64,000 bases of DNA, taken from assembly GCA_032718475.1 (NCBI GenBank), contig JAUCBJ010005191.1, positions 1-64,000 on the forward strand, read 5' to 3'. Numbering within the stretch: the stretch's first letter is position 1; every line of letters begins with the position of its first letter. The translations under genes and the position numbers were made by a program. Positions 11,775 to 22,453 of this stretch are shown one piece after another. The stretch is from Nemertoderma westbladi (Eukaryota; Animalia; Xenacoelomorpha). A model generated the notes under the pieces. It was not told the origin of the DNA and searched no databases. It saw only the letters and a program-made list of their open reading frames with translations.

Positions 11775-13433
11775 TTATACGGTAATTATTCGTACCGCGT
11801 TGTATATATTGGTTTTTATGAGGAGGCCGGACACACAGACCACAATGTCCCCGTCCCGCAGACCCCATCGTCTCTTACCCTCCCGCACCGCAGCTGCTAA
11901 GTAACCCCGCGTCATCGCGTCCCAGCCCCCATACTCCCTGGGCTCCACCCACACTGGGTGGATTCCTCGCCACAGAACCATCTGATTGGCTAACAACTCG
12001 TTATCCACCACCGCTATGATTGGCTTCTCGGGCCGCAGAGCTGCTATCAGCTGGGCCGTTCTACCCGTAGTCGATAGAACTATAATGGCCGCGGCGTTGC
12101 TATCGCCACAGCTCTCCACCGCCCCTACTACTATCGCCTTAGTATCCGAGGAGCTGTGTAACCGCTGTTTTAGGTTGTCGTACCGGTACTGTACCGACTC
12201 AGCCTGTCTGCATATCCGGTCCGTCATTCCGACACTGTGTGCCGGGTAGCTGCCGCGGGATGTCTCGTCGCTCAACATCACGCAGTCTGTCCCGTCCAGA
12301 ACCGCGTTGGCTACGTCCACACTCTCAGCTCGGGTCGGCAACGGACGCGTTGTCATCGATACCAACAGCTGACCCGCGACAACTACCGGCCGACCGCGCT
12401 CATTGGCTCGGGCTATCAGCGACTTCTGCGCTACGAACACTTTCTCTATGGTGATATCGGCCCCCAGATCCCCTCGGCCAATGAGAACTCCGTCAGCTGT
12501 CTCCAGGATATCGTCGTAGTTTCTTACCGCGACGATATTCTCAACTTTAGCTACAATATTTACGCCGCTGGTTCCAACTATATCCCTAACTAACTCGATA
12601 TCCTCTCTGCGTTCCACCCCCGTAAGGAACACAAACTCGACGCCCCGCTCAACCCCCCAACGTATATCCGCAGTATCCTTCTCGGATATCACGGGGATAT
12701 CTGTTAGATCGATATTCACTCGGAAACTCCCCGGGGATACCGGGCCCCCGCACGCGACCACGCATTGCAACTCCTCCGGCCCCACCGCAGCCACACGCAG
12801 CGCTATCATATAGCCGTCCAGGTAGACCGTCTGCCCTACTCGAACCCGTGAGAAAGCCACCCGGTTGTCTACCAGTATGCAGTGTCCCGTCGGTGCGGTA
12901 GGTGCACCAGTAGGTCGCAGCAGCACGCGGTCTCCTTGATACAGAACTCGTGATGAGTTACTGGTAAACGAGCCGTTGGTAACTCGACCCATCGTATCTA
13001 TAGCGATAGCTACGCGTTCATTGGTCGACGTACTGTTGCTATGGTTATTCACGGCTTCTCTAACCATCGCGATGGTTTCAGCGTGGTACTCCCGCGGTTC
13101 GTCCCGCATTAATACGCGGAATATATCGACTCCGCTGGCGATCATGTCGGTTAGGGTTGCTACTGAGCGACAGGCCGGCCCAATACTGGCTGCGATACCG
13201 GTTAATCGCAGCGCCGATACCGGGGCCTCCACTCGCAGACTGCAGACGTGGTCTAGTTCGGTGACGTCATAGACGGTTGCCAGGATACCGGCATCGTCCG
13301 GGGTCTGCAGTCCATCGTCGTCCTCTTCCCTGCAGGCGCAGGGGGTGTCTATCTGTCCGCCTCCCAGATTTGGTAGGCGGACTTTATTTAAACGTCTGCG
13401 TAATTCCGGTGTTAGACACTCACCGCCGGACAT
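11775..13433 (-). CDS. Pyk: Pyruvate kinase-like protein, intronless, with a degenerate active site; nested antisense in an ARFGEF3 intron
   Basis: 552-aa ORF with PK motifs RLTGI..SIGPA.RSV, EYHAETI..VREA, AKVEN, DG..IGRGDLG..I..EKVF.AQK, PTRAE..DVANAVLDG.DC.MLS.ET and C-domain STTGRTA. Confidence 0.93.
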   Translation of the reverse strand: MSGGECLTPELRRRLNKVRLPNLGGGQIDTPCACREEDDDGLQTPDDAGILATVYDVTELDHVCSLRVEAPVSALRLTGIAASIGPACRSVATLTDMIASGVDIFRVLMRDEPREYHAETIAMVREAVNNHSNSTSTNERVAIAIDTMGRVTNGSFTSNSSRVLYQGDRVLLRPTGAPTAPTGHCILVDNRVAFSRVRVGQTVYLDGYMIALRVAAVGPEELQCVVACGGPVSPGSFRVNIDLTDIPVISEKDTADIRWGVERGVEFVFLTGVERREDIELVRDIVGTSGVNIVAKVENIVAVRNYDDILETADGVLIGRGDLGADITIEKVFVAQKSLIARANERGRPVVVAGQLLVSMTTRPLPTRAESVDVANAVLDGTDCVMLSDETSRGSYPAHSVGMTDRICRQAESVQYRYDNLKQRLHSSSDTKAIVVGAVESCGDSNAAAIIVLSTTGRTAQLIAALRPEKPIIAVVDNELLANQMVLWRGIHPVWVEPREYGGWDAMTRGYLAAAVREGKRRWGLRDGDIVVCVSGLLIKTNIYNAVRIITV

Positions 13434-14377
13434 ATTTATGTCTATCTGTATTTATTTAATTTTGCTTTGATTTAAGTAGGCCTAGTGTAAGCTGTAAGTG
13501 GTTTAAGTTTTTTAATGTTTTTGGTTTAAGTGGATTTAGTAGTGACACGTACGGGAAAACAGCAGAAAACTGTAACTAAATATAATTAACTAATACCCCT
13601 AGTATTATTACTTAATTAGTTATATTACTGTATTACAGCACTAATGCTGTAAGTTAATAGTTCATTGCAATTTTATTACCAGTTCCGTACACGGAAGTAG
13701 GCCTAAGCCTAAACCTGTTCCTGTACATAAATATTAATATAGGCCTACCGATGACCTGTAGTTACCGGTGCTCAGATTCTATTCTATACCTTTACAATGA
13801 AGAGTTTAATTTTCCCTCCTCAGTATTTGGAAATGATTAACAACCAATCAATCACCAACTAAACAGGGCATGTCTCACGGGGCTGTAAATCAATTTCTTT
13901 TGAATAATTTAGATCATGCTGAAAATATTACATTTTGAATGTGGTTTGTTAAAAAAATAGAAACCTACGATTGATGTCTGATGATCAACTATGATTTGTA
14001 AAGAGAGTCAAAGCATTGTATATTAATTGGACTGTCAGTAGACAAACAACAAATATTGGTACACCTATGTACAGCTACACAAGGTAGACCATCTCTAAAG
14101 CAGATAGTATAATGTGATTGATAGGGGGGCAGTGCTACATGGATGGGAATATGAAATATATTCCAGCTCAAGGTAGTCTTGGAAACTAAGATTTACATTA
14201 GTCGTTAACGACATGCGACTGGGTGGTGGACGGGTTCCAGTCAGCCAAGTTCCCGACTCAGATTCCAGCCAATAACGGTAAATATTACCTTGAGCCAAAA
14301 GCTGCATAGATGAGCCTTGCCTATGCGTGTAGTATTAAAACCATATTGGATAAAACATTGCAATATATCTTAAGTTA

Positions 14378-14477
14378 CGGTGGCTGAATAATTGTTGAAA
14401 CTTTCAAGCTACTTTTTGGTTGACAAAAAATTAGCTAAAAAATATGAAGAGTATTTAGTGGCACAATTTAGCCACTG
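14378..14477. mobile_element. About 100-bp Tc1/mariner-type MITE
   Basis: ta|cggtggctgaataattgt ... acaatttagccactg|ta gives CAGTG-type imperfect terminal inverted repeats flanked by TA. Confidence 0.55.
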
Positions 14478-14663
14478 TAGTTAGTCACAAGGAGCCGAGG
14501 CCGAGCCCTTTTAATAATTTTATTTGTAATTTTGTTTACTCCACCACTCCACTCTATACCGCGGTTGTGACGAGTCCAGCTCGGCTCTGTAACATGGTGT
14601 TATTATTAAACCCAAATTATTTTGCTACATGATTGATAACCTGTTTAATATTCTTTTAATCAG

Positions 14664-14759
14664 GGCGACACCGAGAACGATTCATCCAAAGCCATTCCTA
14701 CTAATCTTACACAGGATCAGCAGAGGACAATGTTGGACTGTCTGCTTGACAGCTATAAG
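14664..14759 (+). CDS. ARFGEF3: ARFGEF3/BIG3 internal exon
   Basis: Splice sites ttttaatcag|GGC...AAG|gtatgt; 96 nt, phase 0-0. Encodes GDTENDSSKAIPTNLTQDQQRTMLDCLLDSYK (compare BIG3 DLLLDSYR). Confidence 0.85.
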
Positions 14760-14917
14760 GTATGTTAGTTATTATTGGTACTACGGTACTGTTGGTGAGT
14801 GGATTAAAGTTAAGTATGATTGATTGACAGTTGGGGAAGCCCTTAATTATAGACCTTCAACGCATTATACAGTATTATACTTTCAGTTCTACATTTTGCG
14901 TGAACCTTGGTGGGCTT

Positions 14918-17479
14918 TATTGGTGACTGGGTGGGTCTATTGGTGACTGGGTGGGTCTATTGGTGACTGGGTGGGCTTTATTGGTGACTGGGTGGGTCTA
15001 TTGGTGACTGGGTGGGTCTATTGGTGACTGGGTGGGTCTATTGGCTATTAGTGACTGGGTGGGTCTATTGGTGACTGGGTGGGTCTATTGGTGACTTGGT
15101 GGGTCTATTGGTGACTGGGTGGGTCTATTGGTGACTGGGTGGGTCTATTGGTGATTGGGTGGGTCTATTGGTGACTGGGTGGGTCTATTGGTGACTGGGT
15201 GGGTCTATTGGTGACTGGGTGGGTCTATTGGTGACTGGGTGGGTCTATTGGTGACTGGGTGGGTCTATTGTTGACTGGGTGGGTCTATTGGTGACTGGGT
15301 GGGTCTATTGGTGACTGGGTGGGTCTATTGGTGACTGGGTGGGTCTATTGGTGACTGTGTGGGTCTATTGGTGACTGGGTGGGTATATTGGTGACTGGGT
15401 GGGTATATTGGTGACTGGGTGGGTCTATTGGTGACTGGGTGGGTCTATTGGTGACTGGGTGGGTCTATTGGTGACTGGGTGGGTCTATTGGTGACTGGGT
15501 GGGTCTATTGGTGACTGGGTGGGTCTATTGGTGACTGGGTGGGTCTATTGTGACTGGGTGGGTCTATTGGTGACTGGGTGGGTCTATTGGTGACTGGGTG
15601 ACTATTGGTGACTGGGTGGGTCTATTGGTGACTGGGTGGGTCTATTGGTGACTGTGTGGGTCTATTGGTGACTGGGTGGGTCTATTGGTGACTGGGTGGG
15701 TCTATTGGTGACTTGGGTGGGTCTATTGGTGACTGGGTGGGTCTATTGTGACTGGGTGGGTCTATTGGTGACTGGGTGGGTCTATTGGTGACTGGGTGGG
15801 TCTATTGGTGACTGGGTGGGTCTATTGGTGACTGGGTGGGTCTATTGTGACTGGGTGGGTCTATTGGTGACTGGGTGGGTCTATTGGTGACTGGGTGACT
15901 ATTGGTGACTGGGTGGGTCTATTGGTGACTGGGTGGGTCTATTGGTGACTGGGTGGGTCTATTGGTGACTGGGTGGGTCTATTGGTGACTGGGTGGGTCT
16001 ATTGGTGACTTGGGTGGGTCTATTGGTGACTGGTGGGTCTATTGTGACTGGGTGGGTCTATTGGTGACTGGGTGGGTCTATTGGTGACTGGGTGACTATT
16101 GGTGACTGGGTGGGTCTATTGGTGACTGGGTGGGTCTATTGTGACTGGGTGGGTCTATTGGTGACTGGGTGGGTCTATTGGTGACTGGGTGGGTCTATTT
16201 GTGACTGGGTGGGTCTATTGGTGACTGGGTGGGTCTATTTGTGACTGGGTGGGTCTATTGGTGACTGGGTGGGTCTATTGGTGACTGGGTGGGTCTATTG
16301 GTGACTGGTGGGTCTATTGGTGACTGGGTGACTATTGGTGACTGGGTGGGTCTATTGGTGACTGGGTGGGTCTATTGGTGACTGGGTGGGTCTATTGGTG
16401 ACTGGGTGGGTCTATTGGTGACTGGGTGGGTCTATTGGTGACTTGGGTGGGTCTATTGGTGACTGGGTGGGTCTATTGTGACTGGGTGGGTCTATTGGTG
16501 ACTGGGTGGGTCTATTGGTGACTGGGTGGGTCTATTTGTGACTGGGTGGGTATATTGGTGACTGGGTGGGTCTATTGGTGACTGGGTGGGTCTATTGGTG
16601 ACTGGGTGGGTCTATTGGTGACTGGGTGGGTCTATTGGTGACTGGGTGGGTCTATTGGTGACTGGGTGGGTCTATTGGTGACTGCGTGGGTCTATTGGTG
16701 ACTGGGTGGGTCTATTGGTGACTGGGTGGGTCTATTGGTGACTTGGGTGGGTCTATTGGTGACTGGGTGGGTATATTGGTGACTTGGGTGGGTCTATTGG
16801 TGACTGGGTGGGTCTATTGTGACTGGGTGGGTCTATTGGTGACTGGGTGGGTCTATTGGTGACTATTGGTGACTGGGTGGGTCTATTGGTGTCTGGGTGG
16901 GTCTATTTGTGACTGGGTGGGTCTATTGGTGACTGGGTGGGTCTATTGGTGACTGCGTGGGTCTATTGGTGACTGGGTGGGTCTATTGGTGACTGGGTGG
17001 GTCTATTGGTGACTGGGTGGGTCTATTGGTGACTGGGTGGGTCTATTGGTGACTTGGGTGGGTCTATTGGTGACTGGGTGGGTCTATTGGTGACTTGGGT
17101 GGGTCTATTGGTGACTGGGTGGGTCTATTGTGACTGGGTGGGTCTATTGGTGACTGGGTGGGTCTATTGGTGACTGGGTGGGTCTATTTGTGACTGGGTG
17201 GGTCTATTGGTGACTGGGTGGGTCTATTGGTGACTGGGTGGGTCTATTGGTGACTGGGTGGGTCTATTGGTGACTGGATGGGTCTATTGTGACTGGGTGG
17301 GTCTATTGGTGACTGGGTGGGTCTATTGGTGACTGGGTGACTATTGGTGACTGGGTGGGTCTATTGGTGACTGGGTGGGTCTATTGGTGACTGGGTGGGT
17401 CTATTGGTGACTGGATGGGTCTATTGGTGACTGGGTGGGTCTATTGGTGACTGGGTGGGTCTATTGGTGACTGGGTGGG
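14918..17479. repeat. G-rich 20-bp minisatellite, about 125-130 copies, intronic
   Basis: Unit tattggtgactgggtgggtc, with occasional 1-nt indels and short variants. Confidence 0.97.
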
Positions 17480-17967
17480 GCCCATGAAGGCCACTTCCGG
17501 ACCTTCGTTTCGTTCAGACAATCTACTCAATACGAAATTGGCCGTAACTAGATAACGTAGACTATATTTTAAACTCTTAGTGAGGAGCAAAAATATAAAA
17601 TTAAAAATTTATTAATAATTTCACTAAAATGTTTAATATTGAAATTTATTTGCAATACTATAACTATAATTAATTACAACGTGCGATTTAAGTAACAAAT
17701 TAATTCGTTAAACATTCTGGGTTTTATTGTATTTTCAATAAATCGATAATTCAGATAAAATAAATTAAAGGTAACTTTTGAGATTAAAATGATATGTTCT
17801 AGAATATAGTATTATGTCCTTGTTTTTTTTTGAAGGAGATACGCCCTCAACGGGCAAAATTTCATTTAATTTAATTCTTATAAAAATATATATAATCCAT
17901 AATATAAAACACAATAAATATTAGTAAAATTATTTGTTAAGTAAAACTATTATTCAATACCGGGAGA

Positions 17968-18947
17968 GGAGTCCGGACAATTGCGACCGGGACAATTGCG
18001 ACCCGGACACTTGCGACCGGGACAATTACGACCGGGACAATTGCGACCCGGACAATTACGACCCGGACAATTGCGACCCGGACAATTGCGACCGGGACAA
18101 TTGCGACCGGGACAATTGCGACCCGGACAATTGCGACCGGGACAATTGCGACCGGGACAATTGCGACCCGGACAATTGCGACCCGGACAATTGCGACCCG
18201 AACAATTGCGACCGGGACAATTGCGACCGGGACAATTGCGACCCGGACAATTGCGACCGGGACAATTGCGACCGGGACAATTGCGACCGGGACAATTGCG
18301 ACCGGGACAATTGCGACCCGGACAATTGCGACCCGGACAATTGCGACCCGAACAATTGCGACCGGGACAATTGCGACCGGGACAATTGCGACCCGGACAA
18401 TTGCGACCGGGACAATTGCGACCGGGACAATTGCGACCCGGACAATTGCGACCCGGACAATTGCGACCCGGACAATTGCGACCCGAACAATTGCGACCCG
18501 GACAATTGCGACCCGGACAATTGCGACCGGGACAATTGCGACCGGGACAATTGCGACCCGGACAATTGCGACCCGGACAATTGCGACCCGGACAATTGCG
18601 ACCCGGACAATTGCGACCCGGACAATTGCGACCGGGACAATTGCGACACGGACAATTGCGACCCGGACAATTACGACCCGGACAATTGCGACCCGAACAA
18701 TTGCGACCGGGACAATTGCGACCGGGACAATTGCGACCCGGACAATTGCGACCGGGACAATTGCGACCCGGACAATTGCGACCCGGACAATTACGACCCG
18801 GTCAATTGCGACCCGGTCAATTGCGACCCATCAATTTTTTCTAAAATCATGGTTCGCAATTAACCGGGTCGCAATTGACCTGGTCGCAATTGTCCGGGTT
18901 GCAATTGTCCGGGTCGCAATTGTCCGGGTCGCAATTGTCCTAATATC
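17968..18947. mobile_element. Non-autonomous Foldback/MULE-like transposon with repeat-built inverted arms and a 9-bp TSD
   Basis: TSD accgggaga at 17959-17967 and 18948-18956. The left arm is about 57 copies of ggacaattgcgacc(c/g) and the right arm about 6 inverted copies (gggtcgcaattgtcc). Both ends read G-N6-GGACAA. Confidence 0.85.
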
Positions 18948-19245
18948 ACCGGGAGAGACTGGTTATTAAAGCGAGTCAAGCAGCCGCAGCCGGTTTGCAA
19001 GAGGCAAAGCATTCAGGGAGCTACAGGTATGTACCAGACATTGTATATTTCAGCAGGTTGTACACTAAAGGCGCATAAACATCTGTCTGGATCAGGATCG
19101 TAACTGGATCAGGATCCCAACAGTCCTTAAAACAGCATAACTTGGCATGAATTCCGTAAGTTGACGGTTTCTGTATTGGCTATTTTTACATTCGGTAAAG
19201 GCGAATGCTGGCCCGTCGGAATAACGTTCGATGTAAAAGTTAAGG

Positions 19246-20460
19246 AGCTGTGTGTAACACAGCTAGAATAGGTGCTGTGTGTATACAACAACAACAAGGT
19301 GCTGTGTGTAACACAGCTAGAATAGGTGCTGCGTGTAACACAGCAACAACAAGGTGCTGTGTGTAACACAGCTAGAATAGGTGCTGTGTGTAACACAGCA
19401 ACAACAAGGTGCTGTGTGTAACACAGCAACAACAAGGTGCTGTGTGTAACACAGCAACAACACGGTGCTGTGTGTAACACAGCTAGTATAGGTGCTGTGT
19501 GTAACATAGCAACAACAAGGTGCTGTCTGTAACACAGCTAGAATAGGTGATGTGTGTAATACTGCAACAACAAGGTGCTGTGTGTAACAGAGCAACAACA
19601 AGGTGCTGTGTGTAACACAACAACAAGGTGCTGTGTGTAACACAGCTAGAATAGGTGCTGTGTGTAACACAGCAACAACAAGGTGCTGTGTGTAACACAG
19701 CAACAACAAGGTGCTGTGTGTAACACAACAACAAGGTGCTGTGTGTAACACAGCTAGAATAGGTGCTGTGTGTAACACAGCAACAACAAGGTGCTGTGTG
19801 TAACACAGCAACAACAAGGTGCTGTGTGTTACACAGCAACAACAAGGTGATGTGTGTAACACAGCTAGAATAGGTGCTGTGTTTAACACAGCAACAACAA
19901 GGTGCTGTGTGTAACACAGCAACAACAAGGTGCTGTGTGTAACACAGCTAGAATAGGTGCTGTGTGTAACACAGCAACAACAAGGTGATGTGTGTAACAC
20001 AGCAACAACAAGGTGCTGTGTGTAACACAGCTAGAATAGGTGCTGTGTGTAACACTGCAACAACAAGGTGCTGTGTGTAACACAGCAACAACAAGGTGCT
20101 GTGGTTAACACAGCAACAACAAGGTGATGTGCGTAACACAGCAACAACAAGGTGTTGTGTGTAACACAGCTAGAATAGGTGCTGTGTGTAACACAGCAAC
20201 AGCAAGGTGCTGTGTGTAACACATCAACAACAAGGTGCTGTGTGTAACACAGCTAGAATAGGTGCTGTGTGTAACACAGCAACAACAAGGTGCTGTGTGT
20301 AATACAGCTCGAATAGATGCTGTGTGTAACACAGCAACAACAAGGTGCTGTGTGTAACACAGCTAGAATAGGTGCTGTGTGTAACACAGCAACAACAAGG
20401 TGCTGTGTGTAACACAGCAACAACAAGGTGCTGTGTGTAACACAGCAACAACAAGGTGCT
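19246..20460. repeat. Composite 27/28-bp minisatellite, about 44 units, with a palindromic core
   Basis: Core gtgctgtgtgtaacacagc is followed by either aacaacaag or tagaatag. The array ends about 36 bp before the exon at 20497. Confidence 0.95.
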
Positions 20461-20496
20461 GATTTAAGTTAAACGTTAAACGTTTCGGTTTCTCAG

Positions 20497-20937
20497 GTTT
20501 CCTGTGAATTCGATTCGCGACCTGGGTTAAAGTTCCTCGTACAGAAAGTCGCCCAACTGGACGTGGCCGCCAACCTGTACCGACAGACCGGCGCCAGTTA
20601 CTCATACTACTACCGCAGTCTAGTCAAGTTATGTTACAAACTCTCGGACGAACTAACAAACGATACCGTTAGAAAGATATTAGAACAGGATCATACTCTC
20701 AACTATAAGACGCTATCCCAGTTAGTACCGGTCAACGGAAGCGATACTACGTCATCACGTGTGAGTGGGGATCGCGCGCAGCTGGTTAATCAGGCCAACC
20801 AGCTGACTAAACGGAAGTCCAACTCGTCTGTGTCCGATGAGTTTAACGAACCGCCCGAGTTGTGTTTCAATCCAACGAGTTCCGAAGGTGACCGGGTTAA
20901 CTGGGTTCTCAAACGATTGTTTGCTATCTCTTACGAG
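20497..20937 (+). CDS. ARFGEF3: ARFGEF3/BIG3 internal exon
   Basis: Splice sites ttctcag|GTT...GAG|gtgaga; 441 nt. Encodes VSCEFDSRPGLKFLVQKVAQLDVAANLYRQ...VNWVLKRLFAISYE (compare BIG3 EFDTSPGLKCLLKKVSGIGGAANLYRQ and WLVKRL). Confidence 0.93.
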
Positions 20938-21103
20938 GTGAGATTTACTAATGTTACGTTTACATCGAATTATTTACAGATATTTGGGTTGTTTACGCAG
21001 TAAACAATACGTTGTAGTCAGCTGTTATCAATTACCAATACGTTCCTACATTTTGTATCCCATTAGATATATTGAGGTGCCTTTTGATATGATTTTATTA
21101 CAG

Positions 21104-21281
21104 GTGACCACTTCTTACGTAAATATGCATTTAGATCAACCGGGTGACCTCATAGATTCCCGTAAACTCGCCACTCAGCCCTTGTTCCTATTGGTTGCTG
21201 CCCATGACAACGAAAGTCCACTGAGTAAGAGTAAGAGATTCTTCCAGTCTACAATGTCCCGAAATCTAAAACAATACAGCG
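21104..21281 (+). CDS. ARFGEF3: ARFGEF3/BIG3 internal exon
   Basis: Splice sites ttattacag|GTG...AGCG|gtaagt. Encodes VTTSYVNMHLDQPG...QPLFLL (compare BIG3 YIQMHLD...DPFFIL). Confidence 0.88.
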
Positions 21282-21488
21282 GTAAGTCATTGTTGTTATG
21301 GCAACGGAAAAGTAAACAATACAGCGGTGAGTCAGTGTTGTTATAGCAACGAAAGTAAACAATGCAGCGGTGAGTCATTGTTGTTATAGCAACGAAAGTA
21401 AACATTACAACGGTGAGTCAGTGTTGTTATAGCAACGAAGGTAAACAATACAGCGGTGATTCATTGTTGTTATAGCAACGAAAAGTAA
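21268..21488 (+). repeat. 43-45-bp tandem repeat (about 5 copies) that duplicates the exon end and splice donor
   Basis: Unit aaacaatacagcg|gt(a/g)agtca(t/g)tgttgttatagcaacgaaagt, with GT donors at 21282, 21327, 21370, 21413 and 21456. Confidence 0.9.
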
Positions 21489-21509
21489 TCGGTGTAACTA
21501 AAACATGAA

Positions 21510-21690
21510 TCACGGGAAGCAACCTGAAGGCTCCTCTCTCTTATTTGTTACCTGTAAGGCTGGGATGGTGCCACACTAACTCCCAGGGGTGAGCACTTCG
21601 TATCTATTCAACCCTTTTCTTTACTCCCACAGTATACGCCAAGTTCCCCCAGCTCGAAGCGACGCGAGTGACCGCACCACCAGGCCGGAA
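21510..21690 (-). mobile_element. Possible degenerate SINE fragment
   Basis: GC-richer island in an AT-rich intron. The minus strand starts ccggcctggtggtgcgg (A-box-like) and ends aataagagagaggagccttcaggttgc. No clear B box. Confidence 0.25.
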
Positions 21691-21787
21691 GTGTAGCTGC
21701 TTCTCAACAGATTCACTGATATTCAGTAGACCTACAGTACGTATTATTGTTGAGTAAATATATTTGTTTTTCGTTTTCTATTTACAG

Positions 21788-21867
21788 TTGACGATGAAGG
21801 AGAGGAAATGGAGATTAAAGTTCGCTACCCAGCGGTCAACCAGGAAACCGACACATCTCAATCCAAG
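21788..21867 (+). CDS. ARFGEF3: ARFGEF3/BIG3 internal exon (poorly conserved linker)
   Basis: Strong polypyrimidine tract; splice sites tttacag|TT GAC GAT...AAG|gtttct. Phase 1 to 0 exactly bridges the neighbouring exons. Encodes (V)DDEGEEMEIKVRYPAVNQETDTSQSK. Confidence 0.75.
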
Positions 21868-22298
21868 GTTTCTTTATTCCAGTATTATGTGATTCTTTGT
21901 TATTATTTATTGGTTTGATTTGATGGCGAAATTTTACCAGTTTTAGAATCGCAAAAATATTAAGTTCCACATCTGTAAATTTCTGGAATTAAATTTCTGG
22001 GATTAAATTGGTATTGTTATGTTGTGTTTTATTATTAAATTATTTGATCTTGTTATATAATGTTAAAACTATAGATTACATTTGGAAGGGCCTCGTATTA
22101 AATAGTCAGCTATGTGACATTTCCTTCGATTTTTAATAGTATAGAGAACAGAATATGGATAAACATATCTATATAAGATAAGTAATAATAATTGGTGGCA
22201 TCGCTAATATATAAAGCGGTAAAAGTAAAGTCATGAAATACATTAACATAAATAAAATAATGTAAAAATAAAATAAAGTGTATTATATCCCGCATTAG

Positions 22299-22453
22299 AT
22301 GTACACCGTAGCAACCAATCAAACGATCGACAACCTAATGAAGGAATATAAGCGCCGCAAGGTGGCGCATTCTCGTTCTGTATTTGTCAGGAAATCCATG
22401 ATGGAAAGAAGTGATACAGAAGATCTAAGTGGACCAATAGAAGATAGAGTTAG
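22299..22453 (+). CDS. ARFGEF3: ARFGEF3/BIG3 penultimate exon
   Basis: Splice sites cattag|ATG...GTTAG|gtaagg. Encodes MYTVATNQTIDNLMKEYKRRK...PIEDRV(R) (compare BIG3 IYTMAADKTISKLMTEYKKRK). Phase 2 matches the last exon. Confidence 0.92.

Noticed and set aside
2620-13459. Horizontal transfer of the GC-rich intronless GHITM and PK genes from bacteria, and the short ORFs overlapping them
   Set aside because: The proteins carry animal-type features (mitochondrial presequence and GHITM C-terminus; PKM-like N-terminal region and EKVF.AQK). The overlapping ORFs are shadows of GC-rich coding sequence.
17934-18863. (DNCDP/DNCDR)n 309-aa ORF resembling a metal-binding or antifreeze repeat protein
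   Set aside because: It lies in a TSD-flanked inverted-repeat element, is open in several frames and has no ATG start.
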